From positions 1 to 64,000 of the forward strand of contig CAVYRJ010000009.1 in the NCBI GenBank assembly GCA_963770935.1: DNA of 64,000 nt. Direction: 5' to 3'. The position numbers and the translations under genes were made by a program. Shown one piece after another: positions 9,836 through 18,828 of the stretch; positions within the stretch are counted from its first letter, which is position 1, and each line of letters opens with the position of its first letter. The notes under the pieces were generated by a model that did not search any database, was not told where the DNA came from, and saw nothing but the letters and a program-made list of their open reading frames with translations. This DNA is from Candidatus Bathyarchaeota archaeon (GTDB lineage: Archaea > Thermoproteota > Bathyarchaeia > Bathyarchaeales > Bathycorpusculaceae).

Positions 9836-10903
9836 ATGGCTTCTCAAAAAAACCTTAAAGAAACAGAGACCGCTCTCACTAAAGCCAGAACTTTCATTCA
9901 AAGTAAACGTCGATCAGATGGTTTATGGTCTGATTTTTTAACCTTGGCAGGGGAAAGCATACATTGGGTTTCAGGCTACGTTGGCTACGCCTTGATCTCT
10001 AGCGCAAACAGCTTTGCGCAGAATACGGAATTAGATGGAATAGCCTTGAAGATTCTTCAACAGCAAAATCCAGACGGTGGATGGGGCTATGGACCCGGCG
10101 TTCCCTCGGATGCAGATTCCACGTCTTGGTGTCTACGATTTCTATCAAAACTCAAAGTACAAGACTCCAAAAGCAAGGAAAATGCTTTAGCTTTTCTTTT
10201 GAAGCATCAAAGCAAGCTCGACGGGGGTTTTAGGACTTATGCAAATCCAAAGGAAATCGCGCGCTTCATGAGGATTGGAGAAGGCATTTCGTTTGTCGGT
10301 TGGTCGAGTTCTCAGATGTGTGTTACCGCAGTTGCCTGTCAAGCCCTGATGGAAAACGGCTCTCGCGTTGGAGTTGAGGAGGCATTGGGCTTCATCAGAA
10401 AAGGACAAGCCGAGGAAGGCTTTTGGAATCCGTACTGGTGGAGCGGCAAACTCTATGCTACGCTTCACTGCATGCAAGCACTAAAACAAAAAGGCGACGC
10501 CAAAGACGAACAATCCCTGAGTAAAGCGCAACACTGGATTACCAGCACACAATTAACAGACGGCGGCTGGAGTGACGCCCTAAACCAAGAGCAAAGCTGG
10601 CCATTCTCAACCGCACTCGCAATCAAAGCATTACTGCTCACACTTAACCCCAAATACATGGAGAAGATAGCGGATGGGGTACGTTGGCTTATACAAAGTC
10701 AACTATCGGATGGAAGCTGGAACCCAAACCATATCTTGAGAATTCCCTACCCGTTTATGAAGGACCCTTGGATGCAAGAAGAGTGGCGAACAGACGGGAA
10801 AGCTATAAACGCCGCCATCAAAGACCACAATAGACTCTACACTACTGCAACAGCACTTTCAGCGCTAGCTGAATCGAAAAAATACGTGAGGGGAAATCAA
10901 TGA
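9836..10903 (+). CDS. Prenyltransferase/squalene-hopene-cyclase-like alpha-barrel protein
   Basis: QW repeats (QNPDGGW, QAEEGFW, QLTDGGW, QLSDGSW) and a DADST motif at the DxDD position. Confidence 0.85.
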   Translation: MASQKNLKETETALTKARTFIQSKRRSDGLWSDFLTLAGESIHWVSGYVGYALISSANSFAQNTELDGIALKILQQQNPDGGWGYGPGVPSDADSTSWCLRFLSKLKVQDSKSKENALAFLLKHQSKLDGGFRTYANPKEIARFMRIGEGISFVGWSSSQMCVTAVACQALMENGSRVGVEEALGFIRKGQAEEGFWNPYWWSGKLYATLHCMQALKQKGDAKDEQSLSKAQHWITSTQLTDGGWSDALNQEQSWPFSTALAIKALLLTLNPKYMEKIADGVRWLIQSQLSDGSWNPNHILRIPYPFMKDPWMQEEWRTDGKAINAAIKDHNRLYTTATALSALAESKKYVRGNQ

Positions 10904-12021
10904 CAACTTACCCCCATCCAAGAGAAGCCGCGCTAAGACAAGCAACCCAAAAGATAATGCAGGAGCTGAAGCCTAAGGCTTTGGCAATTTTCCATCGCAA
11001 GCCGCTAATAGACCCAGAATACTCTGACGTCTCAGACATAGACATCACAGCCATATGGACCCAACGAGAAGAGCAACCTGAAAGAATAGTAGTCGACACC
11101 CATGAGGGAAGGGTGTTTATAGATGTTCTCTGGGTACCAGTTTCAAAGATGCTAAACGCAGAAGAAGCGGCAAGTTACAAAACCCTACCGCACCTACTGC
11201 TTGAATCAGAACCCCTCTACGTTCAGACCGAGACAGTGCAGTCAATTATCGACAACATAAAACAGAAAACATACGAGCAAACAGTTTGGGAACACAGGAT
11301 TGGACATCAACTCGGTTTTGGCGATGCAGCCTTTGAAGAAGCCAAAAAAAACCTCGATTTCCCCTCGGCAGCTCTGTTTTTCTTGCAGACCGCACACGCA
11401 AACTACATAGTTGCCTTAGCCGATTCCCTCAAACAAAGCACCATGAGCTTGCTCACCCGCCCCGTCACCAAACTCAAACAAATGACCGCTAACAGCAACC
11501 CCTACTTAGCAACAGACATGGAAACCAATTTGCATTTGGATGTTGATCCATCTCCTAGCATAAGCGCTCTTAAAAGAATCCACATGGCGGTTTCCCAGAA
11601 ATGCGCGGGAAAACAACCATACGGCGTAAGCAACAGGACACTGGGACACTATACATACACGCTATCACCCATTGAGACCGATTATAGACTAATCTTTGCA
11701 ACGGCGCTAATTAAAAACAATGACCTCGCCAACGCTAATTTTTACTTGAGGTTTTGGGCTTACTCTCTTGCGAGATGCCCCGCAGTGCTTCATGAAGCTA
11801 ACCAGTCTAAAAAACCGTCGTTTTATGTTCCCATAGAATCCTTAAAAACCTCCATAGACATCGAACTCCCAAAAATTTTAGATGATATTAAAACAATCAT
11901 GGGAGGAGATATCACAGGTCAAAAAATTCAAGAATCAATCAAAGACACAATAAAATTTAAGGATCAAATTGTTAATCAAATCCAAAAGTCAGGAATTAAT
12001 ATTAAAAAAGAGAAGAAATAA
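10900..12021 (+). CDS. Hypothetical protein with a nucleotidyltransferase-like N-terminus
   Basis: ATGA overlap with the upstream gene; SDIDI and a later IDV resemble Pol-beta-fold acidic residues; helical C-terminal part. Confidence 0.55.
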   Translation: MTTYPHPREAALRQATQKIMQELKPKALAIFHRKPLIDPEYSDVSDIDITAIWTQREEQPERIVVDTHEGRVFIDVLWVPVSKMLNAEEAASYKTLPHLLLESEPLYVQTETVQSIIDNIKQKTYEQTVWEHRIGHQLGFGDAAFEEAKKNLDFPSAALFFLQTAHANYIVALADSLKQSTMSLLTRPVTKLKQMTANSNPYLATDMETNLHLDVDPSPSISALKRIHMAVSQKCAGKQPYGVSNRTLGHYTYTLSPIETDYRLIFATALIKNNDLANANFYLRFWAYSLARCPAVLHEANQSKKPSFYVPIESLKTSIDIELPKILDDIKTIMGGDITGQKIQESIKDTIKFKDQIVNQIQKSGINIKKEKK

Positions 12022-12051
12022 GCAACCCAAGATTAGTTGGGTCACACTTTT

Positions 12052-13095
12052 TTATGGCCATAGACCAGGTAATTGAGGTATGTTACTTACAACGCGAGTG
12101 AAGTATTGTCCATCTACCCCATCCGCTCCGGGCTGAGATACGCTTTTCCTCCCTTCTGATATGCATCGTGAACCATCAGCGCCATTTTGCGATGATAAAG
12201 CAGGTTTGCATGGTGGAAGCTGAAGTCCAGCGTCACCTGCTGCACCACCTTTCCCTGGGTTGCCGCCATCTCCGACTGGGCCTCCAACCCCCTTTTGAAG
12301 CTGAGGATGTATCTTAGCCAAGTTCACTCCGCTAGTATTGAATATTTTAACAGTACCCCCGTTGCCGCCATCTCCGCCGTCTCCACCGCAACCGGCATTT
12401 CCTCCTTTTCCTCCATCGCCTGGCAATCCAGCTTGCTGTATACAAACTGGGTTGGGGACTCCTATCCACGATTCTTCAGTGCCTGGAACTGCATTTGAAC
12501 CATCTTCGCCTTGACCACCAAATTGTCCGTTACCACCTTTTCCGCCTTTGCCGCCAGTTTGACCTCTAAGATCAATGGTTAAGTCACCGTCGATTTGCTT
12601 AAGCCAAATCTCAACCATAGGTGCATGAGCACCGTTTACTCCTTTTCCTCCTCTGCCGCCTGCCGCCCCGTTTCCACCGTCTCTTGCTTTGGGAAAAGCT
12701 CCTGCTGTTGTGTTAAGCGGGTCTATGGGATCAAAAAAGTTCGGGGATGCTACATCTGCTGGTGGAATAGGTCCTTGATTGAAGTTCGGTTGACCGTCAT
12801 CACCATTTTTAGCCGAGGTTTCGGGGTCAAGTCCTGAGTTACCCAAGGGCAACTGATAAGCGGGGAAGTAGTCACCATCAAGGTTATATGTGATTTCTCC
12901 AACTCCTCCAGCTAAAGTCATGCTAATCACATCGGTGATTATCTTTAGCATCCTCGGGGCACCCAGAGGCGCGCCTTGTTTGGGTTTAATGACAAGTTGA
13001 GCTTGGGGGCCAATGAATTCTAGTCTGCGACAAAAGATTACGTCATCTACCACATCTGTGTTGCCTTGTACTGTAAAAATCTGAGTTTTGATCAT
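12052..13095 (-). CDS. Gly-rich (GGX/GXX repeat) protein, paralog 2
   Basis: GGKGGKGGNG, GGDGGDGGNGG and similar runs; colinear with 13111-14073. Confidence 0.85.
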   Translation of the reverse strand: MIKTQIFTVQGNTDVVDDVIFCRRLEFIGPQAQLVIKPKQGAPLGAPRMLKIITDVISMTLAGGVGEITYNLDGDYFPAYQLPLGNSGLDPETSAKNGDDGQPNFNQGPIPPADVASPNFFDPIDPLNTTAGAFPKARDGGNGAAGGRGGKGVNGAHAPMVEIWLKQIDGDLTIDLRGQTGGKGGKGGNGQFGGQGEDGSNAVPGTEESWIGVPNPVCIQQAGLPGDGGKGGNAGCGGDGGDGGNGGTVKIFNTSGVNLAKIHPQLQKGVGGPVGDGGNPGKGGAAGDAGLQLPPCKPALSSQNGADGSRCISEGRKSVSQPGADGVDGQYFTRVVSNIPQLPGLWP

Positions 13096-13110
13096 GCTTC
13101 TTTAGCCTCC

Positions 13111-14073
13111 TTAGTTTGGAACTCCTGTAAGTTCATACTGGTTTGCTTCTCCATCATAGCCGTCTTTTCCTTTGAAATTAGTTTGCCACTTGGGATCTGC
13201 TTCATCCATAGACAACCCTGGCGGACCATCTGAACCTCGATATTCAGGTCGAGAGGGACACGGATCGTTTTGTTTACCTTGAGCTCCGCCTTTCCCACCT
13301 TCGCCCCTTTTGCCCGGGTCACCAGCATCTCCACCTCTACCTCCTTTTACGATGTAGTTCCATGTTTGAACCAAGGGCAAAGATGAACTGCCAACAAAGA
13401 CTTTTACTATACCACCGTTACCGCCGTCACCACCTCTTCCAGGGTAACCAGCGTCTCCACCTCTGCCTCCAATGCCTCCCCTCCCCGGCTCACGATCGCA
13501 TTGATCTCCATCATACCACGAATCACTAGTCTGCGATGCAGCGCCTTTTTGTCCATCGCCACCTTTCCCACCATTGCCCCCTTTACCGCCTTTTGCGCCA
13601 TCTTGCCCTTTAAAATTGATAGTCAATGCATCGGGGTGTATTTGAGACACATCTCTAGCGAAGATTTCTAACTCTGGAGCATGCATGGCGTTCGTGCCTT
13701 TTGGACCGCTTTTTCCATGATCACCATCTCCTCCGTTCTCAGCTTGCGGGTAATTACCCTCACCAGCGGGCGAGTTACCGTCAGCTCCATCCGCCCCCAC
13801 CCCCAACTGCGTTACAGCAGGAGTGTCAGGATCGAGCCCCGGCTCCCCATCTAAATCATACGTAATTTCAGCCCGATCCACAATCTCAATCTTATCAACC
13901 ATTATAGTAAGCGAAGTGGGCGGGATCATATTTCTCTCTAAACGCGAAAGGATTAGTTTGCTCTTCTTTTCAAACCGCAAAATAGACGCCTGCAAAACCA
14001 TCTGACCATACTTCATATCTCCAACAACAGTGAAAACCGACATATCATCGACCCCCCAAAGAAGAAACATCAA
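13111..14073 (-). CDS. Gly-rich (GGX/GXX repeat) protein, paralog 1 (likely start MSVFTV)
   Basis: GGKGGNGGKGGDG, GGDGGNGG; shares ITYxLDG and HAP..EI with paralog 2. Confidence 0.85.
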   Translation of the reverse strand: MMFLLWGVDDMSVFTVVGDMKYGQMVLQASILRFEKKSKLILSRLERNMIPPTSLTIMVDKIEIVDRAEITYDLDGEPGLDPDTPAVTQLGVGADGADGNSPAGEGNYPQAENGGDGDHGKSGPKGTNAMHAPELEIFARDVSQIHPDALTINFKGQDGAKGGKGGNGGKGGDGQKGAASQTSDSWYDGDQCDREPGRGGIGGRGGDAGYPGRGGDGGNGGIVKVFVGSSSLPLVQTWNYIVKGGRGGDAGDPGKRGEGGKGGAQGKQNDPCPSRPEYRGSDGPPGLSMDEADPKWQTNFKGKDGYDGEANQYELTGVPN

Positions 14074-14467
14074 TTAGGTTTTTAATGTCGTATTCTAGGT
14101 AGTTTTTGACGGAGACATCTCCAAAACCGTACGAGAACCCCTCAACTAAATTATCTATAAACTTCCTTGCGTACTCGATTGAAGGTGCTTCAAGGATTGC
14201 AATGCCATGAGGCCGAGCCGCATTACGCGGACGGTCAGGCAAACCAATGAAACTAGTGACTTCAGTTAAATCTGCGACGCGATAAATTTTTAGTTTGTTT
14301 TGTTTGGTGGTTCGGGTTATGTAGTCGAGTCCTTTTTGCAGGACTTGGGGGTGGCTTGAGATTTGCTGGAGGTTTTCTGGAGTTATTTGGATGCTCCAGG
14401 TTATTAGGTACTGGTTTTGGGCTTTCTCTAGGGTAGGCCTTTTGGGTTTGTCTGGTTTTAAAACCAT
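14045..14467 (-). CDS. Hypothetical protein, possibly a YCII/GYD-like alpha+beta fold
   Basis: First gene of the Gly-rich operon; HGIAILEAPSIEYARKF. Confidence 0.6.
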   Translation of the reverse strand: MVLKPDKPKRPTLEKAQNQYLITWSIQITPENLQQISSHPQVLQKGLDYITRTTKQNKLKIYRVADLTEVTSFIGLPDRPRNAARPHGIAILEAPSIEYARKFIDNLVEGFSYGFGDVSVKNYLEYDIKNLIDVSSLGGR

Positions 14468-14763
14468 AAAAAATTCGCCTAATACACATTAGGTATCTTA
14501 GAATTTAAGAATTGCGTTAAGCGACTCAAGAAGAACTAAACCATAAAAAAATAACGCCTAAACATCAACAGCCTCTAAAGTCACTAACCTTCACGGTGGC
14601 GGGAACATGAAAAATCTCTCCCAAGCACTTCCCTACAACAAAGAAAATAAGAATACAATAGAAACTACCTTGCATCCATTTAATTCAAGAAGTAGTTGAA
14701 CAGAAAAAAATTTTCTACCGGTCAACTACTACACCCAACCAATAAAAGAAAAAAAGGGCAAAG

Positions 14764-14807
14764 GGGTGAAATCTCCACTTTGAGCAGGTTCAACTCCCAT
14801 CCCCAGC
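14764..14807 (+). repeat. att-like site: element arm plus a divergent tRNA-3'-like core
   Basis: GGGTGAAATCTCCACTT...AGGTTCAACTCCCATCCCCAGC. Confidence 0.55.
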
Positions 14808-14811
14808 TCAG

Positions 14812-15006
14812 TTATGAATGCCTGTGGCCGCAATCACGGCAAAGGTAGCGTTGAATTTTTGCAGAATTGGTATACCTAAATCCATCTCTGTAAGACTTAA
14901 AAGAGCCACACATAGGACATTTTACAGATGGCAGTTTCTTTCTGTCAAGAGCATTATTTGATATTTTCCTGCCACAATGAGGGCAGTTTATGATTTTTTT
15001 CTCCAA
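14812..15006 (-). pseudogene. Zinc-finger remnant, InsA-like or integrase N-terminal domain
   Basis: CPMCGS..SYRDGFRY.....IQRYLCRDCGHRHS, ending 4 bp from an att-like site. Confidence 0.55.
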
Positions 15007-15093
15007 TTTTATTCCTCCATTTTGTTTTTATGTGCAAACTTAGAAAAAAGGGGGTTTTGCGGGTGTCGTTAAAATAGACTCCACTTGAGCTTA

Positions 15094-15123
15094 GGTTCAA
15101 ATCCCTCCCCGCCCGCCACGGAC
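15094..15123 (+). repeat. Perfect 30-bp copy of the tRNA-Arg 3' end and flank (att-like)
   Basis: GGTTCAAATCCCTCCCCGCCCGCCACGGAC is identical to 9065-9094. Confidence 0.95.
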
Positions 15124-15391
15124 CTTCGCTGGTTTCCACCATTGCCGGTATTCCTCAACCTGCTTGACAACATCTAGCGAATCGATTTTTTGGGTTTTTG
15201 GAATTTGAGTTTTGATGAGGTTATAAGTATGCTCCAAGCTGCGCAAGTAACTCATTTCTCAGGCCTCGATTCTCTTTCTTGATTATTGCATTTAAATCAT
15301 ACGACTTGACGGTAGAATTGTTTTGCCGTCATGATTATGGTTAAAGGCCTTCCAACGGTTGCCGGGAATAGAAAAAAGCGGCTTGATTATT

Positions 15392-15461
15392 TTTTATAGA
15401 TTTTGATGATAAAACCAGAAAGACCTTTCCTGCTATACCCCCTAAAAAATTGAAAGCCTTT
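15392..15461 (+). repeat. Promoter-plus-hairpin repeat, copy A
   Basis: TTTTATA..TGATGATAAAACC.GAAAGACCTTTCC..CTATACCCC..GAAAGCCTTT. Confidence 0.7.
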
Positions 15462-15539
15462 GTTGTCCTGACTTTTCTTTTGATACATATTCAGGGTGCA
15501 GAAAATAAATAAGTCAATAAGGCAGAGAAACTCAAGGGC

Positions 15540-16118
15540 ATGAAAGATATGGGTAACTGTGCTAAGTGCGGCAAAAAGTTTGGTTTCATGCAATTTACTC
15601 GTCAATGGAAAACAAAAGCATTCCATCCAGAGTTTTATGGTCAATCTTTGCATTGGGAGTGCTTAGTTGAGGAATGGAATAGTATTCCAAAGGTTTGCTC
15701 GAACTGCGGCTATTACGAATTGACAGAGACCGTCGAGGATGAAGATGTTGGTGCTTACAACAATACCAGATGCAGAAAATTCAAAATAGCTCTTGATATA
15801 GCTGGCGAAGAGAGACTAACACAATTAGGCGCAATGGCTACTCAATGTTCAAGTTACATTGGGAAGAGCGAATACCGCGACAAATGCTTAAGAGGAGAAA
15901 TCAATTCTGATAAAACAAATATCCAAATCATCCTTGATTTTTCATCATTAAAGGACATAATGGCAAAAGGCGGTCTAATCATGGCAACTTACAAGTGCCC
16001 CAACTGCAATGGGATGGTTAACATTCCCGAAGCCGGAAAAGTCCTCGTCTGCCAATACTGCGGAACGCCGATAAAACCCGTGGACATATTCGAGAAGATC
16101 AAATCACTGATTCAATGA
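15540..16118 (+). CDS. Multi-zinc-ribbon hypothetical protein
   Basis: Several CxxC pairs; C-terminal CPNCNG...CQYCG. Confidence 0.75.
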   Translation: MKDMGNCAKCGKKFGFMQFTRQWKTKAFHPEFYGQSLHWECLVEEWNSIPKVCSNCGYYELTETVEDEDVGAYNNTRCRKFKIALDIAGEERLTQLGAMATQCSSYIGKSEYRDKCLRGEINSDKTNIQIILDFSSLKDIMAKGGLIMATYKCPNCNGMVNIPEAGKVLVCQYCGTPIKPVDIFEKIKSLIQ

Positions 16119-16183
16119 AAGGGCAAAGGTCTGTCGCCGATTGGCCCGGGTAGAAAGAATCAACCCAGAAATTATTTATTGTA

Positions 16184-16257
16184 TTTTATATGTTCTGATG
16201 ATAAAGTAAAACCTGGAAGACCTTCCTCCCTCTATACCCCAATTTTTGGAAGGCCTT
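16184..16257 (+). repeat. Promoter-plus-hairpin repeat, copy B
   Basis: TTTTATATGTTCTGATGATAAAGTAAAACCTGGAAGACCTTCC..CTATACCCCAA..GGAAGGCCTT. Confidence 0.8.
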
Positions 16258-16432
16258 GGCGCATTCGAATTCTCTGGTTCTTCCCCACGCATTTTACACA
16301 TTTAAACACATAAGCTTATAAGCGCGTATACATATATGTACTTATGTTAATAAGCGAACTCGAAGGGACAAAAAAGAAACAAGCAAAATTTGCCTGCTCA
16401 CTTATTCCAGAAACAAAAACAGGTGACTTAAC

Positions 16433-16576
16433 TTGGGCCGCATAAGCGTTGACATTCCAGACGAACTCGAAAAACAGCTCAGATTAAAAACGGTAGAGCA
16501 ATTCGGAGGCAAAAAAGGCGACTTATCGAAAGCAATCCAAGAAGCGGTCAAAACATGGATCGACAAAAAACAATGA
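16433..16576 (+). CDS. Ribbon-helix-helix (CopG/Arc-like) micro-regulator, 47 aa
   Basis: TTG start after an AGGTGA RBS; MGRISVDIPDELEKQLR...GDLSKAIQEAVKTWI; shorter than any ORF in the track. Confidence 0.8.
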   Translation: MGRISVDIPDELEKQLRLKTVEQFGGKKGDLSKAIQEAVKTWIDKKQ

Positions 16577-16735
16577 AGCCGTCCCTCTTCAAATCCTAAT
16601 AACTACATTATAAGAAGCCTATGTAAAAGGCAAGGGCAAGCCAGTTAGCCTGGAACTCCTCGCATGAGGCATATGGGCAATCTAGCTGCAAAAACCCTTT
16701 TAGATTGTTCTGCATTCAAGCAACGATAATTTCTT

Positions 16736-16960
16736 TTAGCTATTACCTTTCGGTTCATTATTGGCAAGTTCACTTTCGCTTCTCAATTGGCGTTTTAGAT
16801 AAGCAACAACTTCAAAGCTTTGGTTAATTTGAAGCGCAACAATAGAAACCAATTCCCATCCATCTAAACCATATTTATTCAACAAATCTTCTTGCGTTTT
16901 GACCCCGGCATCCAAGATTCCTTTTACCAGAGCAATTGAGACATACTCCCATTTTATCAT
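16736..16960 (-). CDS. DUF4177-like small protein
   Basis: KWEY...LNKYGLDGWELVSI...YLKR. Confidence 0.8.
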   Translation of the reverse strand: MIKWEYVSIALVKGILDAGVKTQEDLLNKYGLDGWELVSIVALQINQSFEVVAYLKRQLRSESELANNEPKGNS

Positions 16961-17100
16961 GTTTGAAACCTCTTTGCACTTAACGATAATTACGGTTAAT
17001 AACAGTGTGTTACTGTGACCTTGCAGTCACAAAACATTACGTAGACAAAGACCTTTCACGAATTGACCCAATAGAGTAAATCAAATAATATTAATATTCA

Positions 17101-17173
17101 TTTTATATGTTGTGATGATAAGGTAAAACCTGAAAAGCCTTTCCTACTATATCCCAATCGGCGGAAGACCTTC
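17101..17173 (+). repeat. Promoter-plus-hairpin repeat, copy C
   Basis: TTTTATATGTTGTGATGATAAGGTAAAACCTGAAAAGCCTTTCC.ACTATATCCCAA..GGAAGACCTT. Confidence 0.8.
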
Positions 17174-17379
17174 ATGCCGAATACAGCGTACACTGATCGG
17201 GCTAATCCGCGAGAGCTTTTTCCCAGTCGTCAACGAACAAATAGACGCCCAAGCCTGGGGAGCAATAAAGATCAGAAGTTATGCCCGAAGCCATGACGAC
17301 TGCGCCCAAAACGCCCATGACTCGGAATTTTTGTGTATATTTTTTGGTTTCCAATCAGTTGCACCTACCATATGTGAGC

Positions 17380-17520
17380 TTCCGACTAATCGGTGCCTAT
17401 GCCCAACTGCCTGTCGAGCTTGGCGATGAAGTCGTGGAGAAGAAGCTTCTGGGATACCGCTCGAGGGCAGAGTTTGTGGCTGAAGCGGTAAGGGACAAGC
17501 TGATTCAAGTTAAGAAATAA
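17380..17520 (+). pseudogene. RHH regulator fragment
   Basis: C-terminal part of ORF 17281-17520: LPVELGDEV...GYRSRAEFVAEAVRDKL. Confidence 0.5.
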
Positions 17521-17796
17521 TTTTCAATAACCTGCAAGGCAGGTATCCTTTTCCCGAAAGGTAATAAGATCATTTATGCAGCACTTTCAAAAAACCAAAA
17601 AATTGAAGTTTTTCCGAAAATCCGAAGCTCAAGAAAGTTATTCCCAGATCAGGACAAGGTTCCAGCGTGTGGGCGGTTTTGAAATTTTCCCGGGAAATTT
17701 CTGGGTAAAACACCCGAGTTAAATCAATGAAGGAGCAAAGGAAAAGTCAATAAGCAAAAGAGGGGAGTGTCCCATTTTGAATTATAGGAGCTCTCG

Positions 17797-18366
17797 GTGC
17801 CCTACAAAAAAATAGAAAAAATCTATAACAATCAAATAAGAAATAAGTCTAACATGCCTAGACCTAATTCAAATATCAGAAGAAGTGAATTTCCAGAAGG
17901 ATTGAAACTCTGCAAAGAAAACGCACTTTCATTTCTTGAATCGGCAAAGATACTAATTAATTCAAACAAAATAAACCATGCCGTTATTCTCTTTCAATTC
18001 GCTAAAGAGGAAGTTGGAAAACTCGCTTGGTTGATTAAGCTTTCAGAGGAACAATCTGAAGCAATTCAAATTCCAAGAGAACTATTTCGAAACCACAAAA
18101 ATAAGTCTGAAAAAGCTGAAGATTTTCTAGGCATTGAATCTTGGGTGATGAAGCCTGGTTTTGATAAAAGATACTTTTATTGTGGCCCTGAGGGTGGTTA
18201 CGCTTCTGCAGTTGAGTCTGACCATAATGCGCGTTTAAAATGTGCATTTGTAAACTATGATGGTCAACTTAAGAAATGGTTTAAACCAGGAATAGACGCG
18301 GACAAAGAAGTGTTTTTGGCAACTATTGAAAGAGTCAGAGAAAAACTTGATTGTTTAATCTTTTAG
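17797..18366 (+). CDS. AbiV-family HEPN domain protein (putative abortive-infection RNase); likely start MPRPN
   Basis: ENA..FLESAKIL....HAVILFQFAKEEVGK...FRNHKNK...R..CAFVNY. Confidence 0.75.
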   Translation: MPYKKIEKIYNNQIRNKSNMPRPNSNIRRSEFPEGLKLCKENALSFLESAKILINSNKINHAVILFQFAKEEVGKLAWLIKLSEEQSEAIQIPRELFRNHKNKSEKAEDFLGIESWVMKPGFDKRYFYCGPEGGYASAVESDHNARLKCAFVNYDGQLKKWFKPGIDADKEVFLATIERVREKLDCLIF

Positions 18367-18403
18367 GTTAAAAGATAATTGATCCAAAAAAAATGGAATT
18401 TTC

Positions 18404-18452
18404 GGGTGAAATCTCTTTTAGGGCGTAGGATCAAATCCCTCCCCGCCCGCCA
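18404..18452 (+). repeat. att-like site: element arm plus a 24/25 copy of the tRNA-Arg 3' end
   Basis: GGGTGAAATCTC...GGATCAAATCCCTCCCCGCCCGCCA. Confidence 0.9.
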
Positions 18453-18462
18453 GCAACTAAAG

Positions 18463-18828
18463 TCAGCTTTTTTTTGAGATGTTTTTTGTAGCTACTATGT
18501 TAACGCCTGTATCGAAGATGTTTTGGATGATTGGTTCATGGATTTTGATGGGTGCTTCTACTTCAACTTTTGCCAGCAAAGTCATAGCGTCGAAGATTCT
18601 GCTTTTAGGTATTGGTTTGTTTGTTCTTACACTAACTAATGGAAGATTACCGTGTTTCACTTTCACCGTGGTTGTCAGGGTTCGTTCAGGACTGGAAATC
18701 TCTTTTTCCGCGTATTCCAGCCCAACTTTGCATCGGTTTCCGCTGACGTTACGTATTTTTTTCCCGACATAATCTACAGTGATGTAACAGCCCATAGGAC
18801 AACCGATACAGATCATTTCTTTCTTCAT
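18463..18828 (-). CDS. DUF1667 CxxC protein (third gene of the glpA-like operon)
   Basis: CIGCPMGC, GNRC..G..YA..E...PERTLTTTV. Confidence 0.88.
   Translation of the reverse strand: MKKEMICIGCPMGCYITVDYVGKKIRNVSGNRCKVGLEYAEKEISSPERTLTTTVKVKHGNLPLVSVRTNKPIPKSRIFDAMTLLAKVEVEAPIKIHEPIIQNIFDTGVNIVATKNISKKS

Noticed and set aside
15392-17173. TGATGA in the three repeats read as C/D-box sRNAs
   Set aside because: The putative C box sits about 5 nt after the TATA element, so it is probably untranscribed, and CTGA D boxes are not conserved across the copies
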